NCBI GenBank assembly: GCA_951406725.2
Contig: OX597830.1
Coordinates: 59,892,001 to 59,956,000, forward strand
Reading direction: 5' to 3'
Source of the DNA: Octopus vulgaris
Taxonomy: Eukaryota
Length of the DNA stretch: 64,000 nucleotides
Each line of letters starts with the position of its first letter. Positions within the stretch are counted from its first letter, which is position 1. The notes beneath the pieces are model-generated. The model was given only the letters and a program-made list of their open reading frames with translations. It had not been told where the DNA came from and made no database searches. A program made the position numbers and the translations under genes. Below are positions 55,774 to 64,000 of the stretch, piece after piece.

Positions 55774-56516
55774 TGTGTGCGAGTGTGTGTGTATCGTTTC
55801 TTCTCACACTCATATGTATGTACGCACGCATGCATACATACTCTCGTACGCGTGCGCACACACACACGCACACACGTATGCACGCACACACAAATACATG
55901 CATACATACATACATACATACATACATACATACATACATACATACATACATAAATGCAGCCATACACTTATACAGTGACCTGGTACTGTTCTCTTAAAGA
56001 TAAATCTAAAATTCAAAGTGACACAAGGCCAGTTGTTGGTTGACAAGAATAAGAAAAAGTTGGTTTAGCAGCTGAAATTCACATCATACCAATAGACCAA
56101 TCAAATGCTGGCAACTAGGTGCCAACTTTTATGTATTTCAACCATTCCTTTACCAACGGCATTTCTCTAATATAGGTCAACTATTTTGGTTCATTCACTG
56201 TCAAAGCTTGCTCTTTTCAAGCTTGGCTTCTCACTCGGCGGTATGTTAGGTAAAAAAAAATGCAGTTTTAACTTGGAGAGAACTACTTTAACATATTTCT
56301 CTCTTTTCCCAATTTTTTTCCGCTTTGTAGGTTTGGTTAGTTTGGTTAAATTATGGAGATTTGAAAACAGAGATAAATATTAAGAAATTATATAGGTTCA
56401 TAACTGGACTTGTTGGATTATAAATAATTTATGTCATATACAGATTATGAGGATGTATAGATTTTTTTCTATGCGTACATGGACAAATTCAGTACACACA
56501 CACTGGCATGTGTGCA

Positions 56517-56593
<77 letters not shown>

Positions 56594-56984
56594 TGTGTGC
56601 ACGCGGATATGACAAATTGTTAAGAACCACGAAGACCGGCAAGTGTCTTTTATCATAGATTCAGATTAAAGCAAGCCTTGGAAAAGAAAAACTGGGTCGA
56701 TAGAAACTGTGTTGAAGCAGTAGACTGTTAACATACTTCAAAGGGACCTTTGATATACATTTTGTTTTAAGCCAAAAATCGGTGCACGTCTAGTTTGTAC
56801 TTTACACTAATTTCTTCATATTTTTCAAAATCCTTTAACTGAGGAAGGTTTACGTAATGGATGCATTTCCTGTCGTATATTACACAAGTATGAAACGTTC
56901 GGATTAAATGGTATTAAAATATCACTATTTGGTTTGACTTCATTATTACAGCTGTGCGTATGTGTGTGTTCTTTTATTCTTTTA

Positions 56985-57240
56985 TTCTTTTACTTGTTTC
57001 AGTCATTTGACTGCGGCCATACTGGAGCATTGTCTCGAAGGAGTTTTTAATCGAAGAAATCGATCGCAGGACTTACTCTTTATAAGCCTAGTACTTATTC
57101 TCTCGGTCTCTTTTGCCGAACCCACTAACTTACGGGGACGTAAACACACCAACATCGGTTGTCAAGCGGTTAGGAGGTGGTGGGGGCAATCACAGACACA
57201 AAGACACACGCACATAGATATGTATATATACGACGGGTTT
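56985..57240 (-). mobile_element. SINE family A, 3' part
   Basis: Tail match. Confidence 0.8.
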
Positions 57241-57649
57241 TGCATCATGACGTGCACTCTCGGTGGACTTTCAACATTCCTCTTGGTTCCAGTTCAAGAT
57301 TGTAGATGGACAGATGTTCGACTTGAGCTCTGCATTGGAAATGCACGGATTTCTACCCTATCAAGACTTGGCACAGCCGTTTTGGCGCCGCCTATTTGGC
57401 GTCGCTGATTCGACGCCGACTAATTTGACATCAGGCGTTTTAAAGTTTCTCTCCTTTAAATGTTTCGTTGTCTTTATCCATCTCTGTGTTTATGTGTATA
57501 AGCACATCTCTCTTTATGAGTATGAGGAAACGGAATGGGTTTATGTCAATCTTGTTCAGTTGATAAATTAAAGCGTTTCCCTTTTTCTCATTTTCTTTAT
57601 CTGCGTGTGCATATTTCTGTGCGAGTCAGCATATATGCATCTGTATGTG

Positions 57650-57706
<57 letters not shown>

Positions 57707-58204
57707 TACCTGTCTGTCGCTATGTATGTGAGTGTATTTATTTCCAGTGCCAAAATGTACCATTGTCCAGTCAGCCGTGCCGAATCGTTAGCGACGAAAC
57801 AGCCGCGCCCATTTGCCTCATTCCGACATTATATAAATATGCATCTGTGTGTGTGTGTGTACTTACATATTTATGTATGTATAGACTCGCGTAAATCTGG
57901 GGAAATATCTGTTAAGATAAGAAGAAGCTACTTTATGTGTGAAGGGATTTTTTTTAAAGAAATCAAAGGAAGCGGCGAAAAATAATCCACACCTGACTTT
58001 TGATATTTGATAACAGAGACACTCATATTTTCGTGATCGTATTTTAATATGTAATGCTAAGCCTGTTAGTTTGCAATACGGAAACTTGAAGGAGAAGTAG
58101 GCCGTAACGTTCTTCATAGTTATGGAAAGGTAATTAATTAATTTTATTAAATCAGGATTAATGTGAAAGATCATTATCAAAATATCTGGTCAGATACATG
58201 CATG

Positions 58205-58320
58205 CATACACAAACCCACACAAACACACACAAACCCACACAAACCCACACATACACACAAACCCACACAAACCCACACAAACCCACACAAACCCACATA
58301 AATCCACACAAACCCACACA
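58205..58320. repeat. 10-bp tandem repeat (CACAAACCCA)n
   Basis: Direct reading. Confidence 0.85.
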
Positions 58321-59148
58321 TGCGCACGCAAATCAACAACAGGGACGGCGCAAACATGAAGTTATGGACGCAGACGTGGCTCTGTGTCATGACGTTTGCT
58401 TCCCAACTACGGGGTTCCGGCGCCTTGGCAAGTGTTTTCTACTATAGCCCCCGGGCCGGCCAAAGCCTTTTGAGGGAATTTGGTAGATGGAAACTGAAAG
58501 AAGCCCGTCGACTTTGTCTTTCACCGTTTCGGTGTCCTACAATTCAGCACTAACTTTCTCCCTCAAAATTTCTGATATTAATACATTGTGATATCAATAC
58601 TTGTATTTTTTAAGGATTTGAACGCAATTACAGGGAATTTTGCTTCTTTATTGCCGGGATAATTTCAGTTTAGTTTTTCTGCTCATTATTGCGTAAATAA
58701 AACTCTTCCTCAGCCTCATTGTTGATACGTAGACGTACACATATATATTACAAATACACACACATCGCACACAATGCACTTACACGCAGGCACACAGACA
58801 CACACATACACACATGGATGCTAATCATAACTGAGTGGCTCAGTTCCGTAATCAAAAATCTCGAATTATTCCTGCACACTTGCTTATCTCCCCTTTCATT
58901 TCACTCTTTCGCTGCGTGACAACTTTTTACCCATTTCCGCTTGAACAACATAATCTTGAACGCCACGATTAATTGTCGCCAGCGGAAAATTCAAAAAGCT
59001 TCACCATTGAACCCCTCCGCTCTTTAAAAGCCTTCATTATGAATGTAAATAAGAAATATTTTTGTAAAGCATACATAAGAATAATGCAAAGTGATGGAGT
59101 TAGATATCCCTCAGAAATATCGGATTTGATATATTCTTTTCTATTCTA

Positions 59149-60560
59149 CAGCCTTGACCAAAAGTATTAGGCCACCCCAATGTTTGGGGGTTCTGCTGTT
59201 TCAATGTTAATGAAACTCGAGCACATAGTAGATTATGGTATATTTCACAATATGCATTAGTTTTAGTATCTGGTTGACCCTCCTTTAGCATCAATTACCG
59301 CATTTATGCTGTACTGTACTTATGCAACCAATTATGAGTTAGACCAACGTCCAAAATTAACTTATGTTTCCTTGATTATTTCAGAGTTTTATGCTAAATT
59401 ACTTTGTAGGTACAGTTAATAAACAGTAAACTGCCTAAAACAAGGGAGTTGAGTGAGTTTGATGGAGGTCAAATCGTAGGTCATCATGAAGATGGAATAC
59501 GTCAAAGGCAAATTGCTCAGAATATGAAATGTTCTCGATGTGCGGTGCAAACGACTCTCAAGCGCTTCAGAGAGACAAAAGATGCGAAGACAACACAAAG
59601 AACAGGTAGCAAAAAGGTTGCATCCACTTCGTGATGACAGATCCATCATCTGTCAGTCGCTAAGGAACAGGAGAAAAACATCGTTGGTGCTCCGTGCGGA
59701 CTTCAACAAGGCAAACACTTCGCAAATACCAACCAGAACTGTTAGAAGAAGGCTTGTAGAGTACGGTCTGAAAGGCTGTAAAGTCAGGAAGAAGCCATGG
59801 GTTTCTGAAGAGAAATAGGGAAAAACGTCTTCGGGGGCCAAAATATATATAAAGAAATATCCAACATAAAGCTAATATTATTTTTCATATTTTTACTCAG
59901 GTTTTCAGTACATCTGGTGCAACGTTCGTGCGTTGCAGAGTTGGGGAAGCATTTAAGGCTGAATGTCTGGTACCCACCGTAAAACATGGGGGTGGTTCTA
60001 TCATGGTGTGGGACCTACATGTCTACTACAGGACCCGGAGAAATATTTTTTATGTGAGGGAAGGATGAATTCAGCTACCTATGTTTCTATGTTATCGGGT
60101 ATTTTAGAGCCATCAATTGCTAAATTATATCCAGGAGTGTCGAAAAACAGTGTTATCTTTCAATAGGACAAAGCTCCATCTCATACAGCAAAGAATACTC
60201 GTCCTTGGTTTGAGACACAGGGACTGTCCAGCTCAAAGTCCCGATCTAAATCCAATCGAATACCTATGAGGAACTCTTGGCGAAGCTATCGGGAACACAG
60301 CAATTAAAAATAAAGAGCATTTGTACCAAACATTAAGAGAAGAATGGAGTAAAATTGCACCTAGCCCCTGCAAGAAACTAGTTGATTCAATGCCTAAGCG
60401 TATAAAAGCGGTAATTGATGCTAAAGGAGGGTTGACCAGATATTAAAATTTATGTATATTGTGAAATATACCATAATCTGCCATGTGCATGAGTTTCATT
60501 AACATTGAGACAGCAGAACCCCAAAATATTGGGGTGGCCTAATACTTTTGGCCAAGGCTG
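59149..60560 (+). mobile_element. Full-length inactive Tc1-family transposon
   Basis: About 105-bp TIRs (59149-59253 / 60456-60560) starting CAGCCTTG, TA on the left and TG on the right; broken transposase about 59431-60446 with PKTRELSEFDGGQIVG, PTVKHGGGSIMVW, FQ*DKAPSH, PAQSPDLNPIE, AKGGLTRY*. Confidence 0.93.
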
Positions 60561-60564
60561 TGCG

Positions 60565-60752
60565 TAGAAGGCCCGGAATTTTGAGGGAGGGGGCCAGCTG
60601 ATTAGATCGACTCCAGTACGCAACTGGTACTTAATTTATCGACCCCAAAAGGATGAAAGGCAAAGTCGACCTCGGTGGAATTATAACACAGACAGACAAA
60701 ATACCGCTAAGCATTTCGCCCGGCGTGCTCACGTTTCTACCAGCTCGCCACC
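60565..60752 (-). mobile_element. SINE family B
   Basis: Family B body in reverse complement. Confidence 0.8.
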
Positions 60753-60788
60753 TTATACGACATGAATTATTATCAAATGCATCATCAG

Positions 60789-61025
60789 CAAGTAAGTAAG
60801 TAAGTAAAATCCCTGGCTGGCGACCGGAGTGGGTGGCTGTACTTTCAACCAATATGCTGCTGTGGGTACCGCTTGATGGAATAACATTATCACCGCTCTG
60901 GTGATGATGTTATTCCACGATTTCCGATCCATGGCGCTGGCCCTAGCATGCTTGAGGCCGAGGTGCTGCAACTTCAGGTCTACCTCAAATTGCTTTGCCC
61001 ATTCTTCTTTGGTGTGCTGTGCTGG
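60789..61025 (-). mobile_element. RTE-like LINE 3' end
   Basis: WAKQFEVDLKLQHLGLKHARASAMDRKSWNNII resembles the RTE C-terminal W...DL...A.DR..W motif; (TTAC)n tail. Confidence 0.65.
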
Positions 61026-61029
61026 ATTC

Positions 61030-62081
61030 TCCAATGCGTGAATCATTGCCGCCACGAAAGTTGGTATGCTGTTCATCATGCAACAATTCAGAACTCTCAT
61101 ATTAGTTTTTAGATAGAAAATGTTGCTAGAGTTCCAAAGATGAGGTTTTTAAACAAACGCCAATGATGGTAGACCGTTGTACGCTTCGTATCTTTCGAAG
61201 AATTTAACGAAAATCCCCTGCCCCACTAAAATACTAATTCGCCATCAAATAATGAATCGTTGTTCATGACATTTCCAAGAGTTCGATCCAGGAGTTCGAT
61301 TCAAAATAATGACGGCGACACATAGGTGGCTCTTCCCAAATTCCCAATAACATACATGGAGGATACTTTGTAAGTTGAATTTGAAGTTGCACCTTTTGGT
61401 AATTTAAACTGTGAGGGAACAGTGCAGCTCAGCTTCAATATTGTTGTTCGTACGAGCATATAACAGCAAAGCGTTCAGCACAAACGTCTTACCTGTACCA
61501 CCGGGAGCATCGATGAATATTGATACACCTTCATTATAATTAATTTTACTTTTAATGAACTCAGATGCGATGCTTTGGGTCATGATTTAACTCGTGGAAA
61601 TGCTCATTGTAAAAGTATTAGCCTCAGGATCATTCTCCTTTTCATTAATGTTTGCGAGACTATATTTAGCAGCAGATAAGCTGAATGAAATGGTACTTTT
61701 ATCATACGACGGCAGTTGAATGTCCGACAGACACACTGCAGGTCATTCACTTCTTAATCTGAAAATACCGCATCAGCGAAATGTTCTTGCCTCGTGAAGA
61801 ATGTAATCTTGAAGATCAAACCCGAAACATATGCCAAAGATCAAACTGAAACATATGTTCTACGACTGTAACGGTGTTGAAGAACAGCAAAAGTGCAGCA
61901 CATAGGCAAATGTGTCTCTAAGCTCTTCACCCGAATGCGAAGGTCATTGCTCTCGTTCTTCACAATTTTCTCTCAAAGATTCAACAGCTGACACACAACT
62001 TCCAGACAACACTGTTAACCAGTAAGTCACTGAGACTCGTAGCACGCGTTATAATGAAATAATAACTTAATATAATATAGA
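61030..62081 (-). mobile_element. Helitron remnant with Pif1 helicase N-terminal motifs
   Basis: Minus strand IFIDAPGGTGKTFVLNALL (Walker A), WEEPPM, GDFR; putative 5' end A^TCTATATTATATTAAG at 62081; 3' end not found. Confidence 0.8.
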
Positions 62082-62092
62082 TTCCCCTGTAA

Positions 62093-62307
62093 AGCGGCGA
62101 GGTGGCTGAAACGTTAGCACGCTGGGCGAAATGCTTAGCAATATTTCGTCTGTCTTTATGTACTGAGTTCAAACTCCGCCGAGGTCGACTTTGTCTTTCA
62201 TCCTTTCAGGGTCAATAAATTAAGTACCAGTTGCGTACTGGGATCGATCTAATCGACTGGCCCTTGCCCCAAATTTTCGGGCCTTGTGCCTAGAGTAGAA
62301 AAGAATA
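62093..62307 (+). mobile_element. SINE family B
   Basis: Head, body and GGCCTTGTGCCTAGAGTAGAAAAGAAT tail. Confidence 0.88.
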
Positions 62308-63639
62308 TAGTTCCCTCTGTGTAGGCATAGAGAATTTTATTATATATATACATATATATATATATACATACTTAATAAATATTCACGCATATATATATAC
62401 ACACACACATGTGTATTTCTGTAAACTCATATATTTCTGCATTGTGTACTAAGAAGATCGCTTCCCAATTACATGGGTTTGATTTCCATCCCAATGTTGG
62501 TGTATTTACGTCCCAATAAATTAGCCGTTCGGCAAACAGACCGATAGAAAATGTACCAGACATAAATTTGGAAATTATATTCTATGCATAAGGGCAGATG
62601 TAATGCAGTATGTGTTTGAAAGTGAGGGGGCATAAATGAGGCCATAACACCCATGAAAATTCATATATTTTTGCTGTTGATGAAATTTTAACCATAGATA
62701 TAAGACGCAAATGAAGTAATATTTCTGGAATTTCAACTTCTTAGAAGTCAGTAAGTCCCCTTAATGGTGGCTTAACGCCCACAATTTAGTCATTTTTCCT
62801 AAGCCAAGACGAATACAATTGTAATCTTGGAAGCTGTATGGTCACCCGAGCATAAAAGATGAGCGTTGTTTGTAATTCAATAGTACAACAGTGTAAGAGA
62901 TATACTTGAGATATACTTAGATAGTGATTTCTGCAATGTACTGCATAAATTGTCAAGTAAATTCAGTTGCAAAGTGTTGAGTAAAGTTATTTCGTTGCAG
63001 ACCTCCTTTGAGTCTTTTTATTATCATTGGGTCAGAAATCGTTCCCAGATGATAACATTGATTTCAAGTCCTTCCCAGATAAACGACTGGTTATTCAAAG
63101 ACATTTATAGATTGCAAATTTATTCCGTTCAGTAACCAATCGACATAGTGATCATTGGCAAACTCCAGAAGTGACACTTTCATTTCTCCTTAGCCCTCAC
63201 GTCACACAGTTGCTAATGTTTATTTGAGTAGGGTCACGCCCTTCTAATTGCTATAGATCCGTAATGTATCTTATGGCTGTGCCCGTCACCTGTATGGTGA
63301 GTAATCCTACATTGGGGAGTGGTAACGACCAGGATAGGGTAGCTGACTGCTTATTGTGATCATTCGTCTTTTGGCTTCCTGTAGCTTTGCTCTCTTTTAC
63401 AAACCCAGTGAACAAACAAAGAAATTTCAATAATAGATATAAGACCCAAGTTAAAAAGATTCCCAGCAATTTAACTTCTCTGCTTGACTTTAAGACACCC
63501 CACCACAATAAGGGCTTTAACTCTCACATTTTAGAGCTCCATGAGCTCCATTTTTCAGGAGCAAAAACCTTTGAATAGGTTCCATAAGATTTGGATTTTG
63601 GAATCTGGGCATAACGAAGCGTAGTATGGGATGAGTCAT

Positions 63640-63813
63640 GATTAGAATTTTTGTTAGGGTATGTAAAGAGGGAAATAATCCTCATTACAATTCTTCATCC
63701 GCAATTTTGATGAAATTCGAATCATAGGTATTCCAGTTCATCAGAGAAAATATAAAAGTCTATCTAATTCTTCAATCCCATGTAACACGGGCAACGCCGG
63801 GTATCTCTGCTAA
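63640..63813 (+). mobile_element. Possible non-autonomous Helitron 3' end
   Basis: CACGGGCAACGCCGGG hairpin-like motif followed by CTAA(T), a one-mismatch CTAG(T); left boundary uncertain. Confidence 0.4.
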
Positions 63814-64000
63814 TACACACACACACACATGCACACACACACATGTATATACATACAAGCACACGTATACATATATGCATATACGTATATATATTTGTAT
63901 ATGTATGTAGGTAATATGCATATATATATATATATATGTACACAAACATACACACCTACATATATGTATCTAAGTTTGCACATATTCATGTCTATGTGTA

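Noticed and set aside
62820-63560. CR1/L2-type RT remnant
   Set aside because: Only faint motif echoes (IYLD, NRSQ); not supportable by eye

Overview
AT-rich eukaryotic DNA saturated with microsatellites. The tRNA-headed SINE families and repeat landscape match my recollection of octopus (coleoid cephalopod) genomes; this is inference, as no search was run. No intact host gene, rRNA, tRNA or CRISPR array is supported, and nearly all ORF-track entries are microsatellite translations. The window is a nested mobile-element landscape. It holds about 35 SINE copies, several R4/Dong-type RT+RLE LINE fragments in (TAA)n tracts, and a roughly 550-bp non-coding retroelement always embedded in (TATG)n. 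It also holds a full-length dead Tc1 element, a mariner fragment, Helitrons (one cleanly nested in a hAT MITE), a Helentron-like element, long-TIR elements and RTE/CRE 3' remnants. The most striking signal is missed by the ORF track: about ten sequence-unrelated families of short ORF-less elements carrying minimal type I hammerhead ribozyme (HHR) motifs, mostly with palindromic stem III. They show Penelope-like architecture (terminal direct repeat plus inverted 5' segment, or fold-back hairpins), and many end in (TA)n, often inside SINEs. Four copies keep a canonical core (19446-19485, 37582-37630, 44765-44848, 50851-50922). One family shows a possible compensatory G3:C8 core variant (19847-19939). 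All structures were folded by eye and SINE boundaries are approximate.
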